From Clostridiaceae bacterium (GTDB lineage: Bacteria; Bacillota; Clostridia; DUPQ01): a stretch of DNA of 64,000 nt. The stretch covers positions 13,454-77,453 of the forward strand of contig DUPQ01000070.1 in the NCBI GenBank assembly GCA_012838235.1, in the 5' to 3' direction. The position numbers and the translations under genes are program-made. The notes beneath the pieces are model-generated. The model saw nothing but the letters and a program-made list of their open reading frames with translations, was not told the DNA's origin and searched no databases. This document shows, in pieces, positions 41,120 through 50,786 of the stretch (its first letter is position 1; each line of letters opens with the position of its first letter).

Positions 41120-42279
41120 TATTCACATGCCTCCTTCAGCACTTTTACGGCTTTTGCCAGCGATTTTTTACATATATTCAACGGCGGCAGCATACGTATC
41201 TTATCCTTTGCCGTAAGGAATAATACGCCGTTTGCCATACATTTTTCCACTATTTCTTTGGCATCTTTTTCGGTTTTAACCGCAAGCATCAATCCCGTTC
41301 CGCTTATCGATTGCACCCCTTTTGCGCCTTGTAACAGTTCCCTTACTATTTTTTCCTTTTCAAGTACATCCTTTAAAAGTTTGTTGTTTATTCTGCTTAC
41401 GACACTTATTGCTCCGGCACAGCAAACGGGGTTACCTCCGAAAGTGGAGCCGTGAGAGCCGTAGTCCAGAACATTGTGTGTTTTCTCGTTGAACAGGGTA
41501 GCACCTATGGGTAAACCTCCGCCCAATCCCTTTGCCGAAGTCACTATATCCGGTTGTATTTCGTAACGCATATATGAGTAAAATGCACCGGTTCTGCCTA
41601 TACCTGTCTGAACTTCATCGATAATCAAAAGTACATCATTCTCTTTACACAGTTTTTCCGTATTAGCAACATAATCTTTATCCAGCGGTATAACACCGCC
41701 TTCTCCCTGTATAAGTTCCAGCATTACGGCACAGACATGTCCTGATTTGATATGCTTTTCCATCTCTTTTGTATCATTCACTTTTACGTGTAGGAATCCT
41801 TGAGTAAAAGGTCCGAAATGCTTATGGAAAACATCCTGTCCCGTTGCGGATAATGTAGTGACGGTTCTTCCGTGAAAACTGTTTTCCAATGTGATTATCG
41901 TATGTCTGTCCTGTCCGTATTTGTCGGAACTGTATTTTCTTGCCGTTTTGATGGCACACTCGTTTGCTTCGGCGCCGGAATTGGCAAAGAATACTTTACT
42001 CATACCGGACTTTTTGCACAGAAGCTTTGCCAGTTCCACCTGCGGGTAGGTGTAATAGAGATTGGATGTGTGCTGCAGTTTATCCAGCTGAGCGATTATT
42101 GCCTGTTTCCATTGCTCATCCGCAACACCGAAACTGTTTACCGCTATGCCGCTTCCCATATCTATGTATTGCTTACCGTTGGAATCATAAAGAAATTGCT
42201 TGTGTCCTCTTACAAGGTCCAAATCAAACCTTTTGTATGTATTGGCTATATATTGCTTGTCCAGTGCTTTAATATCCAT
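41119..42279 (-). CDS. argD: Acetylornithine aminotransferase
   Basis: The track ORF starts at GTG 42291; ATG 42279 (MDIKALDKQY) follows GAGGCGGG. Class-III aminotransferase motifs LLIIDEVQTGIGRTG and TSAKGLGGG. Confidence 0.9.
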   Translation of the reverse strand: MDIKALDKQYIANTYKRFDLDLVRGHKQFLYDSNGKQYIDMGSGIAVNSFGVADEQWKQAIIAQLDKLQHTSNLYYTYPQVELAKLLCKKSGMSKVFFANSGAEANECAIKTARKYSSDKYGQDRHTIITLENSFHGRTVTTLSATGQDVFHKHFGPFTQGFLHVKVNDTKEMEKHIKSGHVCAVMLELIQGEGGVIPLDKDYVANTEKLCKENDVLLIIDEVQTGIGRTGAFYSYMRYEIQPDIVTSAKGLGGGLPIGATLFNEKTHNVLDYGSHGSTFGGNPVCCAGAISVVSRINNKLLKDVLEKEKIVRELLQGAKGVQSISGTGLMLAVKTEKDAKEIVEKCMANGVLFLTAKDKIRMLPPLNICKKSLAKAVKVLKEACE

Positions 42280-42287
42280 TACCCGCC

Positions 42288-43139
42288 TCACGCAAACATT
42301 GTTCCTATACCTTCATCGGTAAGTGTTTCTATAAGTATGGAGTGGGGGATTCTTCCGTCTATTATGAATACCCTTTTTACGCCCCTTCTTACTGCTTCTA
42401 TACAGCATTGTACTTTGGGAATCATGCCGCCCTCAATTGCACCTTCCCGTATCAGCCTGCTTGCATCGGATACCGAGATTTTGGATATTAATGATTTCTG
42501 ATCGTTCTTATCCGACAAAAGACCCGGTGTGTCGGTCATGGAGATAAGGCATTCGGCATTTAAGGCCGATGCTATAGCCGAAGATGCCGTGTCTGCATTT
42601 ATATTATAGGTATTCATGTCGTCATCGCAGCCTACCGTGGATATTACGGGAATATATCCCTTTTCCAGAAGGTCCTCAATAACCGATTTGTTTATGTCGG
42701 TTATCTCTCCTACAAAACCCAATTGCTCACTAATCTTCCTGGCCTTTATCAAGCTTCCGTCGTGTCCGCATATACCTATTGCTTTTCCGCCGTATGATTG
42801 CAGCATGGATACCAGATTCTTGTTTATCCTGCCGCACAGCACCATCTGTACGATATCGGCGGTTTCCCGGTCGGTCACTCTCAGTCCGTTTACAAACTCG
42901 GTTTTCTTGCCTATCTTGTTGAGCATTCCGGTTATTTCCGGACCTCCGCCGTGTACCAGTACCACTTTCATGCCTATGGAAGACATGAGTACAATATCTC
43001 TCATTACATCTTTTTTTAGATGCTCTTCGGTCATTGCGGCACCGCCGTATTTGACTACCACAATCTTGTTGTTGTATTTCTGTATATACGGCAGGGCTTC
43101 TACCAGTATATGTGCCCTTTGGGCATTGGAAAGTGTCAT
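42288..43139 (-). CDS. argB: Acetylglutamate kinase
   Basis: 283 aa. VVKYGGAAM, VLVHGGGPEI, NINADTAS. Confidence 0.95.
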   Translation of the reverse strand: MTLSNAQRAHILVEALPYIQKYNNKIVVVKYGGAAMTEEHLKKDVMRDIVLMSSIGMKVVLVHGGGPEITGMLNKIGKKTEFVNGLRVTDRETADIVQMVLCGRINKNLVSMLQSYGGKAIGICGHDGSLIKARKISEQLGFVGEITDINKSVIEDLLEKGYIPVISTVGCDDDMNTYNINADTASSAIASALNAECLISMTDTPGLLSDKNDQKSLISKISVSDASRLIREGAIEGGMIPKVQCCIEAVRRGVKRVFIIDGRIPHSILIETLTDEGIGTMFA

Positions 43140-43152
43140 GTCAATTCTCCTT

Positions 43153-44370
43153 TTAAGTACGGTAATCTCCGTTTATCTTTACATAGTCATATGTAAGGTC
43201 ACATCCGTATGCCGTCGCCTGAGCATCTCCCGAGTTCAGATTTATTAATACGGTTATTTCTTCATAGCTCAATATTGTTTTTGCAAGTTGTTCGGAAAAC
43301 TGCACTCCGAATCCTTTTTCGCAGACTTTAACGGTAGTTTCCTTGTCATTTGAAAAAGAAACATCAATCTTACCTATATCCACATCCGCCCCGGAATAGC
43401 CTATTGCACAAAGTATCCGTCCCCAATTGGCATCGGCTCCGAACATGGCGGCTTTTACTAAAGAGGAAGATATTACCGATTTGGCAACGGTTTTACATAT
43501 ATCCTTTGTTTTGCCGTTTATTACCTTACATTCAATAAGTTTGGTTGCACCTTCTCCGTCCTTGACTATCATGCGGCTTAAATACGATGTTACGGCATTC
43601 AAGGCTTTTTTAAATATTTCATATTCTTTGTTTTTTTCTTTTATTTCACTGTTTTTTGCCTGACCGTTTGCAAGTACCGATACCATATCGTTTGTGGAAG
43701 TATCGCCGTCAATACTTATCATGTTGAATGTATCTTTTACATCTTCCGACAATGCTTTTTGCAGCAGTTCTTTTGATATATTCACATCGGTGGTTATAAA
43801 TGCCAGCATTGTGGCCATATCGGGATGAATCATGCCGGATCCTTTGGCAATGCCTCCCATCTTGCAGGTTTTTCCGTTTATCTTAAAACTTACCGCCACT
43901 TCCTTAACCCTTGTATCGGTGGTCATTATGGCTTCGGTGCAGTGTATGCCGTTTTCTTTACTCAATCCGTCACACAGCTCTTTCATATGCGAAGCAATAG
44001 GGTCTAATGACAGTTTCTGCCCTATAACCCCGGTGGATGCCACTATTACATCGGCAGGATTAATGTTTAACTCCTTTGCCGCGAGATTACACATGCCCCG
44101 TGCTATCTCCATACCGTTTTCATTGCAGGTATTGGCATTGCCGCTGTTGCATATGATGGCTTTTGCATATCCGTCCGCCACATTCTGTTGTGTGACCGTT
44201 ATTGGTGCTCCCTTTACAAGATTTTTTGTATAGACGCAAGCTGCGGTACATATAGTATCGGAAACAATAAGGGCGAGATCCCTTTTGGTCTTATTCTTCC
44301 TTATACCGCAGTGTATACCGTTTGCTCTGAACCCGACGGGTGCGGTTATTGAACCTTTTATATATTCCAT
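43153..44370 (-). CDS. argJ: Bifunctional ornithine acetyltransferase / N-acetylglutamate synthase
   Basis: 405 aa. Autoprocessing site region MLAFITTDV, typical ArgJ length and motifs. Confidence 0.95.
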   Translation of the reverse strand: MEYIKGSITAPVGFRANGIHCGIRKNKTKRDLALIVSDTICTAACVYTKNLVKGAPITVTQQNVADGYAKAIICNSGNANTCNENGMEIARGMCNLAAKELNINPADVIVASTGVIGQKLSLDPIASHMKELCDGLSKENGIHCTEAIMTTDTRVKEVAVSFKINGKTCKMGGIAKGSGMIHPDMATMLAFITTDVNISKELLQKALSEDVKDTFNMISIDGDTSTNDMVSVLANGQAKNSEIKEKNKEYEIFKKALNAVTSYLSRMIVKDGEGATKLIECKVINGKTKDICKTVAKSVISSSLVKAAMFGADANWGRILCAIGYSGADVDIGKIDVSFSNDKETTVKVCEKGFGVQFSEQLAKTILSYEEITVLINLNSGDAQATAYGCDLTYDYVKINGDYRT

Positions 44371-44385
44371 TCTGTTATTTCTCCT

Positions 44386-45315
44386 TTATACCTTCAAACC
44401 GTAAGTTTCTTCTTTTCCGGTTATGACATTCAATATCTGTACCGCCGCACCCGATGCTCCTTTACCGAGATTGTCGTAAAGTGCGATTAGCGATATTCTT
44501 TCATCGTTTCCCGTAACAACTATTTTTATAGAATCCTTATCTTTGAAATCATCGGAAGGTATGTAACCGTTATAGCTTTCTCCTTTTATGTCCGAAATAT
44601 CAAACAGCGGTCTGTTGCCGTATTTCTTTACAAAAATATCGCATATATCGTCAATCGTTACACCCTTTATTGATATATTGACCGTTACACACATCATACT
44701 GTATATGTCGCATACAACGGGATTGAAAAGGGGATAGTCGGATATGGAAGAATAGTGTTTCATTTCCTTCAGATGCTTATGTGACTGGGTAAGTGCATAT
44801 ATACGCGGTACCGACAGCGAACAGTCTCTGTTTTGGTCGGTATAATCGCTTATCATGGCTTTTCCTCCTCCCGAATAACCGGTGAGGGAAGTGCAGGAAA
44901 AAGGATAGTTCTTTTGTACTATATTGTTTTCTATCAGCGGTCTTACCAATGCTATGAATCCCGTGGCATGGCAGCCGGGAACACAGATACGCTTGCTTTG
45001 CTTAACTTTATCGTATATATCCTCTCCCATCTCCAAAAAACCGTATGTCCAGCCGGGAGCTGTCCTGTGCGCGGTGGAAGCGTCTATTACCACGGTATCG
45101 GGGTTGTTAATAAGGGAGACCGACTCTATAGCCGCCCGGTCGGGAAGACACAAAAAAGCTATGTCGGCACTGTTTAAGGCTTTTGCCCTTTTGTTTACAT
45201 CTTTCCTTTGCTGTTCGGGAAGGGTAATGAACTGTATATCCGCCCTTGTTGCAAGCCTTTCATGTATTCTTAATCCCGTGGTGCCGTAAGAGCCGTCAAT
45301 GAAAACCTTAACCAT
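44386..45315 (-). CDS. argC: N-acetyl-gamma-glutamyl-phosphate reductase (short form)
   Basis: 309 aa. DGSYGTTGLRI, VPGCHATG active-site Cys. Confidence 0.9.
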   Translation of the reverse strand: MVKVFIDGSYGTTGLRIHERLATRADIQFITLPEQQRKDVNKRAKALNSADIAFLCLPDRAAIESVSLINNPDTVVIDASTAHRTAPGWTYGFLEMGEDIYDKVKQSKRICVPGCHATGFIALVRPLIENNIVQKNYPFSCTSLTGYSGGGKAMISDYTDQNRDCSLSVPRIYALTQSHKHLKEMKHYSSISDYPLFNPVVCDIYSMMCVTVNISIKGVTIDDICDIFVKKYGNRPLFDISDIKGESYNGYIPSDDFKDKDSIKIVVTGNDERISLIALYDNLGKGASGAAVQILNVITGKEETYGLKV

Positions 45316-46684
45316 TCACAGCCTCCCTGATATGCTCTATCTGTAGGAGTACCGATTGTGCCGAAGGACCTCCGTAAGATATCCTTCTTTCCACACATGT
45401 ATCCAACGATATCTCCTTATACACATCCTGCTCGAACAAAGACGAGTGGCTTTTGTAGATTTCCAAAGGCAGAGTTTCCAGTGTGTAATCGTTTTGTATG
45501 CAATAAGCCACTAACTGTCCCGTAATTTTGTATGCATCCCGAAAAGGCAGAGATTTCTTTACCAGATAATCGGCACAATCGGTTGCGTTTATGAACCCTT
45601 TATTTGCGGCTTTTTTCATATTATCTTTAAGGAAGACCGTCTCTTTCAACATAGCGGTAAAAACTTTCAGACAGGAGCTTACCGTATCGAAACTGTCGAA
45701 TACCGCCTCTTTGTCTTCCTGCATATCCTTGTTGTATGCCAAAGGCAAGGATTTTTGCATAACCAACAGAGTATTCAGATCGGAAAAAGTCCTTGCACTC
45801 TTTCCCCGTATAAGCTCCGCTATGTCGGGGTTTTTCTTCTGAGGCATTACGGAAGAGCCGGTGGAAAAACCGTCGGATAGCTCCACAAACTTAAACTCCC
45901 ACGAAGCCCACAGTATCAGTTCTTCGCAGAAACGCGAAAGATGCAACATTACCATGCTGTTGGCATAACAGGCATCTGTCGCGAAATCCCGGTCGGATAC
46001 GCCGTCAATACTATTGAGTGAAGGCATTTCAAAGCCTAAAGCAGCAGCGGTCATATGCCTGTCGGTGTTATATGTGGTTCCGGCAAGGGCACCGCTACCC
46101 AGCGGACAGGTATTCATCATGGAATCGAAAGACATATATCTTTTCAAATCACGGTAAAACATCATCGCATATGCCATAAGGTAATGACCCAATGTAACCG
46201 GTTGTGCTCTTTGCAAATGGGTATAGCCGGGCATTACGGTGTGGATATTATCCGATGCATGATCAGCCAATACACCCAGCAGTTCTTTGATGTATTCAAT
46301 CACATCGGATATCCGCTCTTTTACATACATCTTGAAATCGGTGGCGACCTGATCGTTTCTGGAGCGCGCGGTATGCAGCATCTTACCTGTATCACCCAAC
46401 CTTTTTGTAAGCTCGTATTCCACAAAGGTATGTATATCTTCAAAACCCCTATCTATATCCAAACTGCCGTCATCTGTTTCTTTTAATATTTCTTTAAGAC
46501 ATTTTGATATTTTCTTTGCATCGGAAAACGGTATTATACCGGTTTTACCCAGCATTTCCGCATGAGCTATTGAGGCGGTTATGTCCTGTTTGTATAGGAT
46601 ATGGTCAATATCTATGGAAGAGTTGAACTTATCCGCCAGTTTGTCCGTATCGCTGTTTAAACGTCCTTTCCAAAGTTTTTCCAT
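45308..46684 (-). CDS. argH: Argininosuccinate lyase
   Basis: The track ORF starts at TTG 46699; ATG 46684 (MEKLWKGRL) follows GGAGG by 5 nt. GSSVMPQKKNPD signature. Confidence 0.95.
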   Translation of the reverse strand: MEKLWKGRLNSDTDKLADKFNSSIDIDHILYKQDITASIAHAEMLGKTGIIPFSDAKKISKCLKEILKETDDGSLDIDRGFEDIHTFVEYELTKRLGDTGKMLHTARSRNDQVATDFKMYVKERISDVIEYIKELLGVLADHASDNIHTVMPGYTHLQRAQPVTLGHYLMAYAMMFYRDLKRYMSFDSMMNTCPLGSGALAGTTYNTDRHMTAAALGFEMPSLNSIDGVSDRDFATDACYANSMVMLHLSRFCEELILWASWEFKFVELSDGFSTGSSVMPQKKNPDIAELIRGKSARTFSDLNTLLVMQKSLPLAYNKDMQEDKEAVFDSFDTVSSCLKVFTAMLKETVFLKDNMKKAANKGFINATDCADYLVKKSLPFRDAYKITGQLVAYCIQNDYTLETLPLEIYKSHSSLFEQDVYKEISLDTCVERRISYGGPSAQSVLLQIEHIREAVNG

Positions 46685-46685
46685 T

Positions 46686-47909
46686 TTAACCTCCGGCAAG
46701 CGCTTTTACCTTTATGGGCAGTCCGAACAGATTTATGAAACCCTCCGCATCTTTCTGGTTGTAAACATTGTCTTCTTCGAATGTGGCAAAATCCATATTG
46801 TAAAGGGAATAGTCGGAAACCGTTCCCGCATTGATAATATTGCCCTTATACAGTTTGAGTTTTACCTGTCCCGTTACATTTTCCTGAGTCTTGTCTACAA
46901 ATGCCGACAGAGCTTCTCTTAATGGGGTGTACCACTGGCCGAAATATACCAGCTCTGCGAATTTCTCCGCCACAAGCGCCTTATAGTGCGAGGTGTCGCG
47001 GTCTAAAGTGAGCGATTCCAGCACCTCATGTGCATGATACAGTATGGTTCCTCCCGGTGTCTCGTATACGCCTCTGGATTTCATTCCCACAAGACGGTTT
47101 TCCACCATATCTACCAATCCTATTCCGTGCTTTCCGCCAATTGTATTGAGTGTTTTTATTACATCCGGTCCGCTCATCCTGTTACCGTTTACCGCTACCG
47201 GAATTCCTTTTTCAAAATCTACCGTTATATATTCCGCTTTATCGGGAGCCTGTTCCGGAGAGACGCACATCTCCAGAAAACCCTCCTTGTTATACTGAGG
47301 CTCATTGGAGGGATCTTCCAGATCCAGTCCTTCATGCGAAAGATGCCAGAGATTCTTATCTTTGGAGTAGCTGGTTTCTCTGGATACCTTAAGCGGGACA
47401 TTATGCGCTATGGCATAATCTATTTCCTGGTTCCTCGACTTTATGTCCCAGATTCTCCACGGTGCTATTATCTTCATCTTAGGTGCGAAGGCTTTGATGG
47501 TCAGTTCGAAGCGTACCTGGTCGTTGCCTTTTCCGGTACAGCCGTGACATATGGCATCGGCATTTTCCTTTAATGCAATTTCCGCTATTCTTTTGGCGAT
47601 AACCGGGCGCGCAAAAGATGTGCCCAATAAATATTTCTTCTCATATACCGCACCGGCTTTTAAGGTGGGGAATATGAAGTCATATACAAACTCTTCGGTA
47701 AGATCTTCTATATATAGTTTTGAAGCTCCGGTAGCAAGTGCTCTTGCTTCCAGTCCTTCGGTTTCGGCTCCTTGTCCGACATCTCCGCAGACCGCTATTA
47801 CTTCGCAGCCTTCATAGTTCTCTTTCAGCCACGGTATTATTACCGATGTGTCCAATCCTCCCGAATATGCCAGTACTATTTTCTTTATTTTCTCATCAAA
47901 TTTATTCAT
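46686..47909 (-). CDS. argG: Argininosuccinate synthase
   Basis: 407 aa. [22 protein letters not shown]. Confidence 0.95.
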   Translation of the reverse strand: MNKFDEKIKKIVLAYSGGLDTSVIIPWLKENYEGCEVIAVCGDVGQGAETEGLEARALATGASKLYIEDLTEEFVYDFIFPTLKAGAVYEKKYLLGTSFARPVIAKRIAEIALKENADAICHGCTGKGNDQVRFELTIKAFAPKMKIIAPWRIWDIKSRNQEIDYAIAHNVPLKVSRETSYSKDKNLWHLSHEGLDLEDPSNEPQYNKEGFLEMCVSPEQAPDKAEYITVDFEKGIPVAVNGNRMSGPDVIKTLNTIGGKHGIGLVDMVENRLVGMKSRGVYETPGGTILYHAHEVLESLTLDRDTSHYKALVAEKFAELVYFGQWYTPLREALSAFVDKTQENVTGQVKLKLYKGNIINAGTVSDYSLYNMDFATFEEDNVYNQKDAEGFINLFGLPIKVKALAGG

Positions 47910-47970
47910 TGCACAGCCTCTTTCTGTTTAATTAGCATAATTATACAGCAAAATTGCATAAAGTCAATAT

Positions 47971-48022
47971 ATAAATGAATAAATATATTAAAATATGCAT
48001 AAATATGAATATTTTCATATGC
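47971..48022 (-). promoter_or_regulatory. AT-rich palindromic ARG-box-like sequences upstream of argG
   Basis: ATATGAATATTTTCATAT (48003-48020, 7-bp arms ATATGAA/TTCATAT) and AAATGAATAAATATAT (about 47973-47988). These resemble but do not exactly match TGAAT-N4-ATTCA. Confidence 0.35.
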
Positions 48023-48058
48023 TGATATATAGACGCGACAGGTGTTGAATAACCATAT

Positions 48059-48790
48059 CTACTTTTTCTTAAGCCAGCCTCTGAAAAGACCGCCCTGAAA
48101 GAGGGAGAGTAATGTAAAGAAGATATTTGCAATCAGGATGAATATAAAGGAGGGGAGCAATATACGGGTATAGTGTTTACCTGAAACGGAGCACTTATTG
48201 ACAGCCGATCCCATCCGGATAAGAAAGAACAGTACTCCGGAATTAAAAAACAGGAGAAGTCCGGCGTTCTGTAAAAAAGCATAAAGAAGACCGGTGTTTA
48301 AGAAAAGTCCCGTTTGTATAATGCCGATTATGTACTGTATAAAGAAAATCGCCGTCTGAATCACAAAAACTATGCGGGTGATATTAAGCATGACACCGCC
48401 TCCTATCCCTACACCTCCGCACCAGTTAATACCGGCTCTATGACAGAAGTTTTCCATGACCTGCATCAGCGCTTCATTCTGTCGTCCTTCTATGAACCCG
48501 TTATTGGCAATACAATAAAGATTGGGATGCAGATTGTTCTTTAAGAAGAATAGTTCCGCCTCCTCCAAAAAAGCCGATACATGTGAAGGGGGACCGTCCG
48601 CGTATAAAGGAAGACAAAGCACTAACGAGTCCGCATCTTTCAGTTGCTCAAAAACAGGGGTATAATCCTTTTTGCTTCTTAAGTTTTTTGTGACCTTTTT
48701 ACCCTTCAGAAAAAAACTCTGCAATGCCGCAAGGTATGCTGATGCACTGAAGCGCTTTTTGGGGCTGCAATTAACGAGTACGGTTTTCAT
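48059..48790 (-). CDS. Flavodoxin-like fold protein with C-terminal TM helices
   Basis: 243 aa. MKTVLVNCSPKKR...DSLVLCLPLYADGPPS, then hydrophobic IVFVIQTAIFFIQYIIGII etc. Confidence 0.6.
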   Translation of the reverse strand: MKTVLVNCSPKKRFSASAYLAALQSFFLKGKKVTKNLRSKKDYTPVFEQLKDADSLVLCLPLYADGPPSHVSAFLEEAELFFLKNNLHPNLYCIANNGFIEGRQNEALMQVMENFCHRAGINWCGGVGIGGGVMLNITRIVFVIQTAIFFIQYIIGIIQTGLFLNTGLLYAFLQNAGLLLFFNSGVLFFLIRMGSAVNKCSVSGKHYTRILLPSFIFILIANIFFTLLSLFQGGLFRGWLKKK

Positions 48791-49275
48791 ACGGCACGCT
48801 CCGCTTCCGCAGCCGAGTGGAAAAACAGCACCTCGGATTTATTGTATCCGTCATTTACGGCATTTCTTTTTACCATGTAAATGAAAGTAGCCTTTTCCCG
48901 TTCCGTGATGTCGCCATATACAAGCACTTTCAGAAGAGCATGCTTTCCGTAGCGCAGTGTATGGTGCATCTCCCGTTGCCGATAAACGCAAAGGGGCGTG
49001 GAAGTCCCTATAGTGCGATCCATTACATTTTTAATCTTGGTACTGTAAGTCCCGTAAAGGTTTTTTGTTATAATAACCAGCTGGTCCGCACGCCCTAAAA
49101 TGCGGCATGCCGTCTGAAGCTTATCTTTTATAAAGCATTCCGCCGGGTGTTTGACCCAGCAACCGAAACAACCTTTGCAGGGGGCATATTTTCCGTCCGC
49201 TTCCACTATCGCATCGCATTTTGTCAATAGCCGTTGGCTGTATTGCCAATCCAAGTCGTGCAGTATAACTTTCAT
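48787..49275 (-). CDS. Flavodoxin/FMN-reductase-like (iron-sulfur flavoprotein-like) protein
   Basis: 162 aa. CKGCFGCWVKHPAEC motif, ADQLVIITKNLYG. Confidence 0.6.
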   Translation of the reverse strand: MKVILHDLDWQYSQRLLTKCDAIVEADGKYAPCKGCFGCWVKHPAECFIKDKLQTACRILGRADQLVIITKNLYGTYSTKIKNVMDRTIGTSTPLCVYRQREMHHTLRYGKHALLKVLVYGDITEREKATFIYMVKRNAVNDGYNKSEVLFFHSAAEAERAV

Positions 49276-49402
49276 AAGTACCGTGTCCCGTTTCTTTATA
49301 CTGTCTAAATTTTACTATGACTTGATATGATTGTCTGCAAATTCTATGTAAAAGATGAAATGACAACACTGAAAACTCAATACATACATTTAAATACTAA
49401 AA

Positions 49403-49463
49403 TCAACCGTTAGTTGAGTAAATACACAACCGCAGGTTGTGAAAAAACAATAAAAACAACCGC
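49403..49463. repeat. Three ACAACCG-type motifs including palindrome CACAACC-GC-AGGTTGTG, upstream of the XRE gene
   Basis: TCAACCGT at 49403, CACAACCGCAGGTTGTG at 49425-49441, ACAACCGC at 49456. Confidence 0.4.
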
Positions 49464-49584
49464 TGATAAGTTCAATACCTGTATCGGCGATACTAAAATT
49501 TAATCATGAAAGGTGCCGGTATTCAGCTTTGTAAGTGTTGAATACGGGCAAAGAAAAATATATATTATATAAGGAGAAGAAAAG

Positions 49585-50076
49585 ATGAGAACATTAGGAA
49601 ACAGAATTGCGGAATTAAGAAGAGGAAAAAACATCACTCAGGATGAGATGGCGGAAAAGCTCAATGTAACAGCTCAGGCGGTATCCAAATGGGAGAACGA
49701 TATATCCTGTCCGGATATTATGCTGTTGCCCAAGATAGCACAAATGCTGTCGGTTACAGTGGACGAGTTGTTGTCCGATCAGCCGAAGAAAAGTGTGGAG
49801 CTTGTACCGGAAGAAAAGAGAAAGAGTATAGACGATCTGGTATTAAGAATTTATGTCAACTCCAAAGACGGTGATAAGGTAAAAGTCAACCTGCCCATGC
49901 CGCTGGTTAAAGCGGGATTGGAGATGGGACTCAAGATGCCGGAAGTATCGGGAAATGAAGCATTGAAAGATGTGGATTTTGCTCAACTGATAGCGCTTGC
50001 GGATAAAGGTGTGGTAGGTAAACTTGTGGAAGTGGAAAGTGTAGACGGAGATACCGTGGATATAGTGGTAGAATGA
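49585..50076 (+). CDS. XRE-family HTH regulator with C-terminal beta-rich domain
   Basis: 163 aa. LGNRIAELRRGKNITQDEMAEKLNVTAQAVSKWENDISCPDIMLLPKIAQMLSVTVDELL. Confidence 0.85.
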   Translation: MRTLGNRIAELRRGKNITQDEMAEKLNVTAQAVSKWENDISCPDIMLLPKIAQMLSVTVDELLSDQPKKSVELVPEEKRKSIDDLVLRIYVNSKDGDKVKVNLPMPLVKAGLEMGLKMPEVSGNEALKDVDFAQLIALADKGVVGKLVEVESVDGDTVDIVVE

Positions 50077-50077
50077 C

Positions 50078-50335
50078 ATGCGTATAAAGGTGAAATCGGA
50101 TGACGGTAAAAAGATAAATCTTATTTTCCCCACATGGTTTGTTTTTTCCGACTTAGGTGCCAAAATAGCCGTTAAAGCCATCAGCAGGAATGCCGAGCCG
50201 CACGAGTTTAACCTATCAGGTAAGGATTTAAGCAGGCTGATGGCTGAAGTGAGGAAGATTAAAAAGAAATACGGACGGTTTGAACTGGTGGATGTACAAA
50301 GTGCTGAAGGAGACATTGTTAAGATAGTGCTGTGA
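50078..50335 (+). CDS. Small protein homologous to the C-terminal domain of the preceding XRE regulator
   Basis: 85 aa. MRIKVKSDDGKKINLIFP...GRFELVDVQSAEGDIVKIVL parallels LRIYVNSKDGDKVKVNLP...GKLVEVESVDGDTVDIVVE. Confidence 0.6.
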   Translation: MRIKVKSDDGKKINLIFPTWFVFSDLGAKIAVKAISRNAEPHEFNLSGKDLSRLMAEVRKIKKKYGRFELVDVQSAEGDIVKIVL

Positions 50336-50346
50336 TAAAGAGTACA

Positions 50347-50520
50347 ATGAGAAAAAAAAGATTAAGCTTTACTATATTGCTACTCATATGTTTACAGATG
50401 TTTGTATTGTGGAATAATGCTTTTGCCTGCCATGCATCGGATGATTTTGTTTATCGCAGGAATAAGAGCATGCTCTTTGAGCAAGCCGTGAATACAGATG
50501 ATTATATTTTAAGAAAATGA
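50347..50520 (+). CDS. Possible small secreted peptide
   Basis: 57 aa from ATG 50347. MRKKRLSFTILLLICLQMFVLWNNAFA / CHASDDFVY.. looks like a signal peptide with an AFA cleavage site. Weak RBS, so coding status is uncertain. Confidence 0.35.
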   Translation: MRKKRLSFTILLLICLQMFVLWNNAFACHASDDFVYRRNKSMLFEQAVNTDDYILRK

Positions 50521-50617
50521 ATAGATAAGATACCTGATGCTGCATTTATGGTTTAGAAAAATCTACCCTGTGAACAGTAACGAAAATTATTTTTATGCAT
50601 ATTTTTTCACAAAACGC

Positions 50618-50646
50618 TTGACAACTCAGGGGGTTAAATGATATAA
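50618..50646 (+). promoter_or_regulatory. Sigma-70-type promoter upstream of rex (TTGACA, 17 nt spacer, ATATAA)
   Basis: TTGACA at 50618-50623, a 17-nt spacer, ATATAA at 50641-50646. Confidence 0.5.
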
Positions 50647-50649
50647 AGA

Positions 50650-50691
50650 TATCGATACAAATATATCGATACAAATATATCAATATCTTTG
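50650..50691 (+). repeat. 14-bp tandem repeat TATCGATACAAATA (two perfect copies plus one degenerate), immediately downstream of the -10
   Basis: TATCGATACAAATA TATCGATACAAATA TATCAATATCTTTG. Each unit starts with the 8-bp palindrome TATCGATA. Candidate operator. Confidence 0.55.
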
Positions 50692-50786
50692 TATTGAAAC
50701 GGGATGTAAGATACTGTCTGCAAAATTCAAAGCACAGAATATGGCTTGCAAACCTGACTACTTACATGAAAGGAGTTGAAATATAA

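Noticed and set aside
50569-50612. Rex operator formed by TGTGAA (50569) and TTCACAA (50606)
   Set aside because: The half-sites are 31 bp apart rather than forming a contiguous 18-20-bp inverted repeat. This may be coincidence.
50650-50691. Possible CRISPR-like array because of tandem repeats
   Set aside because: The units are only 14 bp, directly abutting with no spacers. There are only 2-3 copies and no cas genes. This is an operator-like tandem repeat, not a CRISPR.
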